From Setoptus koraiensis (lineage: Eukaryota; Animalia; Arthropoda), in contig CM106586.1 of NCBI GenBank assembly GCA_048013815.1, positions 19,034,001 through 19,098,000 of the forward strand: a stretch of DNA of 64,000 nucleotides. Direction: 5' to 3'. This document shows, in pieces, positions 1 through 13,764 of this stretch. The notes under the pieces were generated by a model, which ran no database searches, was not told the origin of the DNA, and saw only the letters and a list, made by a program, of their open reading frames with translations. Both the position numbers and the translations under genes were made by a program. How positions within the stretch are numbered: position 1 is the stretch's first letter; every line of letters begins with the position of its first letter.

Positions 1-2410
<2,410 letters not shown>

Positions 2411-4108
2411 TTACTATTTTACTATCAGGGTTTTAACTATTTTCTTGTAATACTTGAAACAGAGAACCTAAAAGATAATAGATGGTGTCGGACGAGGCCC
2501 TGTTTGCTCAAATATATCCGACAGACGAATAATATGAACCTGACGGAATTAGACTGATGTTGTGCGTGTGTGTCTGTGTGTGTTCTATCAGCATCCCACA
2601 CTGATCGAGGGAGGTGGGGAGTCAATTGTGTCCCGCTCGGGACACGGCACAGCGGTATATTAATTCCTTTCGCTCCCAATTGACTAAGGAGAGTAGGTTG
2701 TGAGTCGACTAATGTAAAAAGGACGCTCCGAAGGAATGAGTTTCTACTCAAAGATATATCTACAAAATACCTGAACGATCTTGATGCCTGCATTCAGTTT
2801 CATCTGTGGCAGATGATTAGAACCCTCCCTGGGAGATGGGAGATCAGTCGGGAGGCGGGATGAGGTAGGTGGGAGGGTGAGTGTGTAAGCATATGCACAT
2901 TTAAAAAGTGGTTCTCCATTGGTACAACAGAGTGCAAAATGATTGTGACGTTTGTGTGCGCAATAATTGTCCTTTCTTGACACAATAGGGGTACGCATTA
3001 ATACCCTGAGAAATCGCTCAATGCGCACAGTGTATCAATAAAGAGAGAGAGAGAGCCACAGTGAGTGTGGCAGCAGTGTGCCGTGTCTGAAACTTGATTT
3101 GTGTTGTTGTTCCACAACACAATACCACCGTCACTCTACCGTGGTAAGGTTTTCCCAATGCGTTTACACCTGTTTACAAGTAAATCCGCCAGAGGCGCTG
3201 GCAAAACCAAAAATGCGAGATTCACACATGAATATTCACTTGTTGTCCTTTATTCATCGCTCCAATACATCCATACATCGCTTGTAAAAATAGTTGTTTT
3301 CATATACGCGAACTTTACTTCGCCTGTCGTCGAGACTTCACAAAATAAAAACAGCCTTATCTCTTACCCACAAAGTTGTCAAAATCCATTTTATTATTAG
3401 TTCGTACGCTAAAACAAGATTGGCCGTTTCAAAGAAATACTCATTCGCCCATGTGGTGGTCCCTTTTCTATCATATGATAGATAGTCAATCGTTGACAGT
3501 ACGCTGCATGTTGTGTAACCATTTATCATATATAGCTAAAGATATTAAAGCTACTGATATCACTATTGTCTCCCGCCCTCAATGATTCAGCATATATATG
3601 AGATGATCGATAGAACATTCTAACAAAGAGCTATTAGTAATTCACCACATCGTCATCCAACCATCTCCCACCCAAGAGAATAAAAATTAATTCATACTCA
3701 ACAGATCCAAGGATATTAGCTAATTAGATTGGATTGTAACATGTTCCCAGACAAAATATTTTTCGTTACTTTATTGATCTTCTGCGTAAGTTGCAACTAT
3801 TGGTATATACCTATTATATTTAATCAGAGAGAACAAAAAAAAAACAAGCGAAAATCTAGACCTACCAGATCGCCTATCACGTTTTGCTCGGATTGAATGC
3901 ATCTGAAAAAATGCAGCTTGATAGCGGATAATTTATCAGTTCAATAGGAAATATATCAAAAACAATAGCAACAACTTTTGTTTATGTGTCATATCCGCTT
4001 TATGCTAAACGATATTTAGTCCTATATCATCACTACATCGCAGCATTTCAATACTTAATTGTTTATCTGTCTGAAATTTATATATCTATAATTCAGGTAA
4101 CTAACATC

Positions 4109-4679
4109 ATGGCGAGCAAAGACTCCTCACCTACAAGGAAGGTCGGAAGTACAGGAGCAGTCCTAGGCAAGGATGCAGAAACTGCCCGAATTATCCAAAA
4201 GGTAATAAATTCTTTCTCGTAATACGATCATGGCTATTTTACCAAGTTTGGCTACATGATTATTTGATTTCAACATTATTGTATTTCCCATACTTTCGTA
4301 TTGTAGATCAAGCCGGATTTTGAGCAAAAGATTGGAAAACCAGTGAAGGAGCTTGATGTCATTCATTATCGCCGTCAAATGGTGAACGGAGTCAATTATT
4401 TCATCAAGGTAATTAAGCTCCGCTAGAACTTTTCTAAACAATGACTTCACATCTTATGTAGGCTAAACTGATAGTAATACTGGCAGCATATCCTCGGGCC
4501 GTTCTAATTGATATATTTACAATTTATACACTCAAAATATACAGGCCAAAGTGGTTTTCGACGATAATACCAGTTCTATAGCTCACTTGAGAGTTTACAG
4601 TCCCTTCCAAGGGGAACCAGAATTGAACGCTTATCAATTGGATAAGACATTGGAGGAGAAGCTTGAATATTTTCAATAG
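4109..4679 (+). CDS. Type-1 cystatin (stefin), 109 aa; exons 4109-4201, 4307-4408, 4545-4679
   Basis: Spliced: MASKDSSPTRKVGSTGAVLGKDAETARIIQK/IKPDFEQKIGKPVKELDVIHYRRQMVNGVNYFIK/AKVVFDDNTSSIAHLRVYSPFQGEPELNAYQLDKTLEEKLEYFQ*. QxVxG motif (QMVNG), NYFIK, HLRV and the C-terminal LxYF of stefins; two phase-0 GT-AG introns. Confidence 0.9.
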
Positions 4680-5302
4680 TGATAGTTCGAGGAAGAAATA
4701 TTCCTATCATCAACGGAAATCAGAAATCGGATAATGTCGCATCAACAGAAAAAAGATTACGAAATTATCTAGTCAAATATCCAGTGTTTTCACTCTGTTC
4801 AGTGTCTTCACTTTGTGGGCAATCAAAACTACAAATGAATTCCTCCAAATTGTTTTATAAGTGATTGTATCTGAGTAAACAGCTTCCAACGAGATGTTTC
4901 AATTGATTGTCGTAGGTTGTTTGTTACACAACAGGGGGTTCATTTCTAATCTTTTTTCTCTATATAATTTATTATCCGTGAAGTAAGTAGCTCCCGAGTA
5001 GAAAAATATCATCGAACTTATATGTACCTCAAAGGAGAACAAGTAATCTGTTGGGAGACGAAGTAGTGACCACTTGTCAAAACGAAACTTCATAAACTAA
5101 TCAGTTGTGAGAGTTTTATGGAGGAAAACAGCACATAATTTGTTCGTCTTTCCTAGAAAAGTATCTTTCCGTTCTCTCCGACTTCTTCCATCTGGTCAAT
5201 ATCTGAATTGTTATATATTGTTATATAACAAACGAAAGCGATTATCTCGAAACTATCGAGTGGGCTTGAGATGCGCTGATTGAATGGGAGGATAGAGATG
5301 TC

Positions 5303-5450
5303 TCAATACTGTATTTATGGGAGGGCACAAATACTTCACGAAGATAGGACTAGGGAGGCGATAAGCGATGGGAGCTCCCGCTTCCTCTCGTTATCGCCAG
5401 ACTATTCACAAATCTCCCTACTTATGTGCTCCCTCATGCAATGCTATTGA
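5303..5450. other. ~150-nt nested imperfect hairpin upstream of V-ATPase H
   Basis: Nested complementary pairs: tcaata/tattga, atgggagggcaca/tgtgctccctcat, tagggag/ctcccta, ggcgataa/ttatcgcc; central gggagctccc palindrome. Confidence 0.55.
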
Positions 5451-5682
5451 TGATAGCGATGCAAACAATGATGGTAAACAAACGTAGAATAAAGACATCT
5501 CGCCGGCCTGATATAATTTATATCAAATAATATAAATGCTAGTCTGATGTAGCTAGCATCAAAATAGATTGAATTAATTAAAACAACACGATTTATTATT
5601 AGTATTATCACTGTGTTGTATCATTTTCTATAAATATCTTTATATTTTAACCAGCCACTATAATCAAGTGATCCACACAAAC

Positions 5683-6776
5683 ATGTTGGAGAATATAACT
5701 CAGCTTCCAGATGAGATATGGTTACAGGCGAGCGAGATAAAGAGCAACCCTGTGAACTGGCAGGCTTATTTCCAGTCGCAGATGATTTCGCAAGATGATT
5801 TTAATTTTATATCTTCGTTTGAACGATTAAATGGACCTCAGCTAGTCAAATTTTTAGAGGAGAATAGAACGCAATGCGGAAAGACTTTTATATTCTTCTT
5901 GGAGCGCCTCGCAACGGAGCACACCATCCAGTATGTATTGATACTCATTGATGATATGCTAAGTCGAGACAAGTCTAGAGTTGAGATCTTTCGTGACTAC
6001 TGTCAAGAGATTGGAGTCTCTGTTTGGAATCCATTTTTGATGTTAATTAACCGCACTGACGGGTTCATCATAAATATGAGCTGCCGCATAGTAGCGAAAA
6101 TCGCTTGCTGTAGTTGCCAGCTTATGGGCCAGCCGGACCTCACTGTCTATTTGTCGTGGCTCAGAGACCATTTAAGAACACCGGTAAGCTACTGATAATG
6201 TCTATGCAGAATCGCCGTGATAGGTGCGAAGTTATAATTGATGGCATTCTAACTTTCATTAATGATATGTTTTTTCTCTGTATCAGAATGGCCAATACTT
6301 GCAATCGGTTGCCAGATGCTTGCAAATGATGCTTCGCATTGAAGAGTACAGGAAGGCTTTTGATGAAATCGATGGCATGGCCACTTTAGAAAGTCTCATC
6401 AGTGAGGAGAAACTGAATTTTCAAATTCAATACCAACTTATTTTCTGCTGGTGGGTCCTTACATTTAACACAGATCTGGCTAGGAAAATGAAAAAGTATA
6501 ATCTGATCCAGAATCTTGCCGATATCCTTCGTAAGGCAGTCAAAGAAAAAGTTCGACGCATCGTTTTGGCTGTCTTGAGAAATCTGATAGAGAAAGTCGA
6601 TGATCCAGACATGAGTCGAGAAAATGCCATATTGATGGTTCAATGCAAGATAATGAAACAATTGGAGATGATACAACAATCTGTCCAGAACAATGGCGAT
6701 CCAGAACTGATTGAAGATACGGAATTTCTGATAGATGCTCTGCAAACTTCAGTGCAGGACCTTAGCTCCTTCGACG
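5683..6776 (+). CDS. VhaSFD: V-type proton ATPase subunit H, 5' part (exons 5683-6183 and 6287-6776), truncated by assembly gap
   Basis: [81 protein letters not shown] are subunit-H motifs; GT-AG intron 6184-6286. Confidence 0.95.
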
Positions 6777-7276
6777 NNNNNNNNNNNNNNNNNNNNNNNN
6801 NNNNNNNNNNNNNNNNNNNNNNNNNNNNNNNNNNNNNNNNNNNNNNNNNNNNNNNNNNNNNNNNNNNNNNNNNNNNNNNNNNNNNNNNNNNNNNNNNNNN
6901 NNNNNNNNNNNNNNNNNNNNNNNNNNNNNNNNNNNNNNNNNNNNNNNNNNNNNNNNNNNNNNNNNNNNNNNNNNNNNNNNNNNNNNNNNNNNNNNNNNNN
7001 NNNNNNNNNNNNNNNNNNNNNNNNNNNNNNNNNNNNNNNNNNNNNNNNNNNNNNNNNNNNNNNNNNNNNNNNNNNNNNNNNNNNNNNNNNNNNNNNNNNN
7101 NNNNNNNNNNNNNNNNNNNNNNNNNNNNNNNNNNNNNNNNNNNNNNNNNNNNNNNNNNNNNNNNNNNNNNNNNNNNNNNNNNNNNNNNNNNNNNNNNNNN
7201 NNNNNNNNNNNNNNNNNNNNNNNNNNNNNNNNNNNNNNNNNNNNNNNNNNNNNNNNNNNNNNNNNNNNNNNNNNNN
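6777..7276. other. Assembly gap, exactly 500 N
   Basis: A round-number N run is typical of a scaffolder-inserted join; the sequences on either side are unrelated. Confidence 0.98.
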
Positions 7277-8471
7277 ATATAAATCGCATACAGCCCGATT
7301 AACTCGTTCCTCAGAGCCAATCCTTTTCCCGAAGTTACGGATCCGTTTTGCCGACTTCCCTTACCTACATTATCCTAAGTGACCAGAGGCTGTTAACCTT
7401 GGAGACCTGCTGCGGATATGGGTACGGCCAAGTGGGAAAATCAACACTATTATAAAGATTGCTCCCCATAATAGCTCCGCTTACACGATTTTTCAAGGGC
7501 CAAAGACAGCTCATGGGACAATGCTAGAACCGCATTGCTTTACGTTTACTACAACCTTATCTTCGATTGATTCGATTCCAAGGTCTCGTTGAGAAAACAC
7601 AGTAAACTTACAAAGAAAAGACAACTCTTCCCCAGGCTGCCGTCGGCGTCATCGTGCTTGTTTGCGTTACCGCCAATATTGATAGTATTCTAGTTTTTAC
7701 ACTAGCCCACTACCAATAATCTCCCCATCTTGGTTTAGGAATATTAACCTAATTCCCTTTCGAGTCATATTGTGCTTTTTATTTTTTCTTTTTTATGGAA
7801 AAATTAAAGACAATCTTTGATTCAGAAATAGCTTTCGCCATTCTCTTAGGACCGACTGACCCATGTTCAATTGCTGTTAGCATGGAACCCTTCTCCACAT
7901 TGGCCCTCAAGGGTCTCACTTGAGTATTTGCTACTACCACCAAGATCTGTACTATTGTCCGTTCCAGCCAGGCTCACGCCCTCATAGCCTTCAACACGAA
8001 CAACACAACCCTCCTACACGTTGAGATATAACTTATCGCTTTAATGGCAAATTGTTATCTCAACGGTGAAGTATAAGTTCAACACTCGAGCTGCTTCCAT
8101 TTTCAGGGCAAGTTGCTTCGGCAAGTGAGTTGTTACACACTCCTTAGATGATTCCGACTTCCATGGCCACATCCTTGCTGTCTTTAGCAACTTACACCTT
8201 TCATGGGATCTCATGAGTGTAGTATAGACAATTTGTTTATTTCTGTCTAGGTATCGGCAACTTTAACTTCACTTTCGGTTCATCCCGCATCGCCAGTTCT
8301 GCTTACCAAAAATGGCCCACTTAGTACTTAACGTATTCTAGATATTATGGCATCAGTTAAGTATGTCATATATCTCACCCATTTAAAGTTTGAGAATAGG
8401 TTGAGAACGTTTCGTTCCCAAGGCCTCTAATCATTCGCTTTACCAGATGAAACTACATAAAAACAAGTACT

Positions 8472-8522
<51 letters not shown>

Positions 8523-8670
8523 AGTCTTTCGCCCCTATACCCAGGTCTGACGATCGATTTGCACGTCAGAATCGCTACAATCCTCCACCAGAGTTTCCTC
8601 TGGCTTCAATTTGCCCAGGCATAGTTCACCATCTTTCGGGTACCAGTCAAGTATCTCTTTACTCCACCCA
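7277..8670 (-). rRNA. 28S rRNA: 28S (LSU) rRNA fragment, about D3 to D8 region, including an AU-rich D7a segment
   Basis: Reverse complement contains conserved LSU blocks acccgaaagatggtgaactatgcc, gacgtgcaaatcgatcgtc, ctaatcgaaccatctagtagctggttcc, gcagcaggtctccaagg and gtagggtaagggaagtcggcaaaacggatccgtaacttcgggaaaaggattggctctgag-like sequence. No 18S, 5.8S or ITS is present in the window. Confidence 0.95.
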
Positions 8671-8707
8671 ACTAACACTTGCGCGTATAGTTATACGAAT
8701 ATACGAA

Positions 8708-8755
8708 CCAACCAACAACCAACCAACCAACCAACAACCAACCAATTCTAACCAA
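8708..8755. repeat. (AACC)n-like simple repeat at the edge of the rDNA fragment
   Basis: aaccaaccaacaaccaaccaaccaaccaacaaccaacc seen directly. Confidence 0.85.
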
Positions 8756-9102
8756 TAAGGCTTATAAGTCACCTTTAGGCTCTCATATTAGTGTGATGAA
8801 TGCAGATATGAGAGGTGTGATGGTGCAAGAAAATGAATGCAACTACTATAATCATAAGGTTCTAGAATTCTCTTTAAAGTGTCTTGTGTAACGACAAAAA
8901 TCAACAAATCCAATATCAATCATTCAATTAGTATAAAGTTTCTAACCGCTTAGGTCCTGAAAATGACATAAATAGTCAAGTATTGTAGTGCCAGATATTT
9001 ACTGAGAAACAGTCGTAAGCCTGACGCGGCAATCCACGCTGATGTGACATCAAATCAGTTTTTTCTCCTTACTTTTTACCTTTCACTGGGTCGGATGGTA
9101 TA

Positions 9103-9945
9103 TTAACGCTCATAGCGCCGGATGTTGTCTTTTATCCAATCCAAATGATGCTCTATCTCGGTAAATCCAGCTTGACTGTTGTTTTTTAATGCTGATGGGC
9201 AGTCTGAATTCAAATGGAAAGAATGTATCCCTCGCAACTCCCATTCCATCTTCCCTTTGTCTTTCTTCTTTTTAGTCAGAATCGGTGTTCCTGCCAGACC
9301 GCAAATATCTGTTATTGTTCGACTATTTACATTGAAAAAGACAGCACAAACACTGGTTGGATCTGCTTTAATAGGTAGAACATTTTCTTGGCACTTGACC
9401 ATCTTCAAATTAGTTTGTTGAAGAGTATTCGAATTGCTTCCAAGCAATTCATATCCTATGGCTGTCACAGTGCCACCCGAAATTAATCGTTTTGCTGGCA
9501 TCGTGGGTAGACTTACAATTCTTGCTTTTGTTCCTATTGTGATTGGCTCTCTGAGCTTTAACAATACGACGGATCTAGATTTGTTTCTTTGTCGTGATTG
9601 CTCAATACGACAGTCGATTTCAATTCCTCTTTTGGAATATTGATGTGACAAATTTTGTAGATTGGGGAATACAAGTATGTTCCTCTTGTCTATACCCTCT
9701 ACGCAAGACGATGATGTGATGACAAGATTTTTAGATATTATTGCAGACAAACACTCTCTCACAGCGCGTCTATTTGATTCTGATATTGAGACTCTGGCAA
9801 TGAACGGCGCCGTTGTTTTGCTAACAGGCTCTAATTTTTCATCGGAAGCTGATATAAAGGGGTCTTTGCTATTACAGATTGAGTGAGCTGAATTGTTACA
9901 AATTGCTAGTAATAGTGATACAACAAGATGGAATGTTGATCTCAT
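9103..9945 (-). CDS. Secreted trypsin-fold serine protease homologue, non-catalytic, intronless, 280 aa
   Basis: Signal peptide MRSTFHLVVSLLLAICNNSAHS; trypsin-like blocks ECLSAIISKNLVITSSSCV, VVLLKLREPI, VTAIGY, LQQTNL, WELRGIHSF...CPS...GFTEIEHHLDWI. His, Asp and Ser triad positions are all substituted (TSSSC, SRSVVLLKL, GLAGTP). Confidence 0.85.
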   Translation of the reverse strand: MRSTFHLVVSLLLAICNNSAHSICNSKDPFISASDEKLEPVSKTTAPFIARVSISESNRRAVRECLSAIISKNLVITSSSCVEGIDKRNILVFPNLQNLSHQYSKRGIEIDCRIEQSRQRNKSRSVVLLKLREPITIGTKARIVSLPTMPAKRLISGGTVTAIGYELLGSNSNTLQQTNLKMVKCQENVLPIKADPTSVCAVFFNVNSRTITDICGLAGTPILTKKKKDKGKMEWELRGIHSFHLNSDCPSALKNNSQAGFTEIEHHLDWIKDNIRRYER

Positions 9946-10920
9946 TTTGACTTGCAGTTACCGGTTTCACTGACTATTTAATTTAAATTTCCAATGGTTC
10001 AAATGAATTCTCTAAATATGGTTCTCTTTCTCACACTATGCGTTCACGATCTGCCTGATCTGATTGATTTGATGAATGGCTTTGGATTTCAAACTGGCCG
10101 AGACTTTAAATACAGAACTGCTTTCCATCTGATTATTGATGCCACCAAAAGTAGTTATATTGTCATGGATACTCTATTGAACTTTAAAATAATTTCACTA
10201 ACAGTATAACCTTTCCAATAAAAAAGAACTCTCAGTCATTCTAAATGGTCACCAAAACTGAACCGCATCATTCAGCGAAAATATTAGAACATTCAGTCAG
10301 TTGGACCAAGATTTTTTATAATATTAACTTTGATGTAGATCAGTTATTACTAGATCATTCATTTAACGACAATGTTTTTGATGGAATGCATGAATAATTA
10401 TAATTAATTATAACTTTTGTTCGAAAATTTTGATGTAGAATGATCAAATAAAATAGAACGGGAAGAGTTAGAATGTAAACTTGAACCATTTATCCCAGGT
10501 TACAGGACAAGTTCATGCCACAATCATCATCAAGCTAATGATGACATCGTTTCGATCCATTTCCATAGCTTTAAACTTAGAGTTATGTATTGTAACTAAT
10601 CTGAATGTTATTTCTAGTGTATAGTTTTCTAGTGTTTTGCAAAAATCATCGGATAATTTAATTGTCGCAATGCATTTGATCCAGCACATATTCTCGGAAC
10701 CACTTATTCGAATAGATGTGCCGAGGTCGTCATGGAATCATGATTGAAAAATATTCATTCTGTCATATGAATATCGGTGAAACAAAGAACATTCAGTGTT
10801 TGTGTGAGCATTGTAGTGGTGATCGATTGATCTCTCCAGTTTTAGTGAATTTGGAGCGATTGTGTGAACGCCTCATGTATGGATGAATAATTGACTAACG
10901 TTAGAGCGCAAAGTCCACCT

Positions 10921-11420
10921 GACCCGGTTAGTTGAAGCAATTGGCTGGATGGCTAAACGACTTTAGACCACATCTAAGCACCGACTCTTGTTTAAACATT
11001 GTAACTGGAGTAAAATTAATCACCCAACAATTAAATGATAATTACATTGTTTTTTTTATTGTGAAGCGAGTACAATCGAGCCTCTTTCGGCCACTCGTCA
11101 ACGAAGTCACGCAGTCAACAAAGCCCCCCGACAGAAGGGGAAACCCCACAGAAATCCAACACGTGAAAGAGGGTCGAATTTTCAAGACTCTTCTATGGAC
11201 CAGGAGTGTGGAAGCTCAATGTAAGTAACTGATCAAGGCGTCAATTATACATGACCCGGATAATTTGGACAATAGGCTGAATGGTTGAACAATTATCGAC
11301 CAAGTGTGACCACATTTAAACATCAAATTTTGTTTAAACACAGTGGTCATAGTAAAGTTAATCGCTTAACAATTGATTATTGATAGCGTTTTTTTTTTGT
11401 TAAGCGAGCACAAGTGAGCT
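10921..11420 (+). repeat. Diverged ~165-bp direct repeat pair (10921-11085 and 11253-11420) between the two protease homologues
   Basis: Both copies run gacccgg...tggctg(g/a)atgg...gaccacat...ttgtttaaaca...aa(a/g)ttaatc...ttttttt...aagcgag(t/c)acaa...gagc. Confidence 0.7.
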
Positions 11421-11817
11421 TCATAATTTTTGGTTCACAGCTCAACGGAACAGATTTCATGCAACCAATCCACATGAATTTGTTAGTCATATCGAGTCAA
11501 ACAGGAGTCTCGTTAATTGATTAATGCCGCACATTGTTGTCTCATTATAAATAATCTACCTAAGAATAATACTCGATTCCAACAATAGTTTTCTTATTTC
11601 ATTTTCCGACATAGCGAGAGCATATAACTATCAAAGATTTATTCTTTTTAATTTCAACACCATCTATCATATCACCACGGCAATCGAAACTCGATAAGTT
11701 AATTGAAAGATCGTGTTTAGTGGATCCGAATAGAAGCAGAGTAGAAAATCTTGATTTCCAAATTCACGACAATCTCAACTCGTTAATGTCCTCAAAACTA
11801 AGAAATTCCAAGTCACA

Positions 11818-12651
11818 ATGCAGTCAACTATGGCTATACTATTAATGTTCGCCTATTCAATCAGTCTCATATCTACCCAGAACATTTTGTCAAAGAACAT
11901 AGTGAAAGTTTTTGCAAGGGAAGCTTCTGAATCGGTTGCACCGTTGATTGCATACCTTTATATAAAACGACCACTTCGAACAACCGATAAAGAATGTTTA
12001 GCAGCAATTGTATCGGAAAATTTTGTTGTCACCTCGGCATTTTGTGTGCTTGATTCAAAACCTGAGGAGGTAATTGTCTACCCAAATCAATATAATCGCA
12101 CAAATTTAGCTCTGTCAAATAACAAGTATAAAGTTGTTCAAATAATAAAAAAAGATTACAACAGACGATCTAAAGTTAACGATATTGCCCTGTTAAGGCT
12201 CCACAAGCGTATCACAATAGACACTAATGCTGATATTGTCAATCTTCCCAATCCGATCGATTGGCATAGATCCGAAGAATTTGGTCTTTCTGCCGAAGTT
12301 TTAGCAGTCGGGTATGATCTCTACGGAGAGGGTGCGATATCGAAATCTTTAAAAGAAACTAACTTGATATTAGTAAAATGCAGATCTGGTGCGGCTACGC
12401 ATATATGTGCGGCCAGAAATGCTGGTAATAATGATCATGCAATATCAGCGCAAATTTGTGGTATGGCTGGCACACCCCTCCTGTATGATGGTGACGGATT
12501 GGGTAAGACGTGGGTGTTGCGAGGAATATTATCATTTGATTCACCAGACAATTGTCCATCAGTGTCTAATAGTAGTCAAACTGGGTTTACAGAAGTTGCA
12601 CAATACGTAAATTGGATGAAAGACATCTTAATAAACAATAATCAGATATAG
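11818..12651 (+). CDS. Secreted trypsin-fold serine protease homologue, non-catalytic, intronless, 277 aa; paralogue of 9103-9945
   Basis: Signal peptide; ECLAAIVSENFVVTSAFCV (His to Phe), NDIALLRL (Asp kept), ICGMAGTPLL (Ser to Ala), WVLRGILSF, CPSVSNSSQTGFTEVAQYVNWM. Confidence 0.88.
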   Translation: MQSTMAILLMFAYSISLISTQNILSKNIVKVFAREASESVAPLIAYLYIKRPLRTTDKECLAAIVSENFVVTSAFCVLDSKPEEVIVYPNQYNRTNLALSNNKYKVVQIIKKDYNRRSKVNDIALLRLHKRITIDTNADIVNLPNPIDWHRSEEFGLSAEVLAVGYDLYGEGAISKSLKETNLILVKCRSGAATHICAARNAGNNDHAISAQICGMAGTPLLYDGDGLGKTWVLRGILSFDSPDNCPSVSNSSQTGFTEVAQYVNWMKDILINNNQI

Positions 12652-13160
12652 ACCATGGATTCAATTTTGTGTTAGTGTCATCTTAATGAATGCAGGTTCT
12701 GAGTGCACCAAAGATTTAATAAAAGAATCTAAACTCCCACAGTAAATGTCGATGTAACTAAGATAGCTGGCGTATTTCGAGCAAATTCGCACGAAATTCA
12801 TTGAGCGTTAAAAACCAACCGGAAACCAGATAAACTCTTGAAACTTGCGATGATTCAAACCGCGTCTGCCTCGAGACTCTCGAAACCTCGCCCAAAAACT
12901 AGTAGTGATGAAACAGAGGCATCTTTAGAAAGAATCGAATCATCTGAGACTGCAGAAGTTTGTTCATTTATTCAAATGAATTGTGATTGACAGGCCGACA
13001 TCGATGCTTCTCTATCGATATATTTACATTGTTAGTTGAAATCCAAATCCATGTTATTCAAATCTGCTCATGGAGTTGCTTTAGTTCATTTCGGTGGCAC
13101 CATATCGTGCATAGCTGAAGGTGATCGTTATGGATGACATTCACAATAAACCATCTGATG

Positions 13161-13260
13161 TCGCGTTCGATCATGTATGAGAGCTATTCTTGGACAGATA
13201 CTTGTTGTTCGTCACGTTCGGTCATGTGTGAGAGCTATTTCTGGACAGACACATTCGTCA
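13161..13260 (+). repeat. Tandem duplication of a ~50-bp unit
   Basis: tcgcgttcgatcatgtatgagagctattcttggacagatac followed by tcacgttcggtcatgtgtgagagctatttctggacagacac. Confidence 0.75.
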
Positions 13261-13458
13261 CTATTTCTCGAATAGTTGCAGTTATCGTCATCGAGTAAAT
13301 ACAGTGCTATGTGTATCATCAATAAACGATCGACTTTTTTTTGTTCGCCATATTGCTATTCGGAACAAATTTGCAAATAAAAATTCAAATACTATTGCCC
13401 TAAGTTGTTAACATTAAAAAAGTTGTCTTTTTCAGAGAAAGAAAACGCAATTAACACT

Positions 13459-13764
13459 ATGGAAAAATCTTTCTTGATTAGAATTGTTGGGCTCGCTTTG
13501 ATTGTTGTTGTTTTGGTGGCAACAAAAACAATCACTTGTGATGACGAACCACAAACACAGGTTGATGATGAATCATTAAAACAAGATGATGAGGACTGGT
13601 ATTCAAAATGTTTGGATCAATTAACTGAATTCGTTAACGCTCAAAACGAATTCTCTGTCCAAGTGATGGCTGATCCAAGGGAAGGCGACGAAGAAATGTT
13701 AGAGCAAATGAGAGAATTGATAATCGCGCAAAAGGAAAAATGCGAACAATTGCGCACAAACTAA
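13459..13764 (+). CDS. Small secreted acidic helical orphan protein, 101 aa
   Basis: ATG at 13459: MEKSFLIRIVGLALIVVVLVATKTITC signal peptide, then a D/E-rich mature part with two Cys (WYSKCLDQL...KEKCEQLRTN). No family recognised. Confidence 0.7.
   Translation: MEKSFLIRIVGLALIVVVLVATKTITCDDEPQTQVDDESLKQDDEDWYSKCLDQLTEFVNAQNEFSVQVMADPREGDEEMLEQMRELIIAQKEKCEQLRTN

Noticed and set aside
6299-7382. Long ORFs of 175-327 aa spanning 6.3-7.4 kb
   Set aside because: Their length comes from translating the 500-N gap. Only the V-ATPase H part before 6777 is real.
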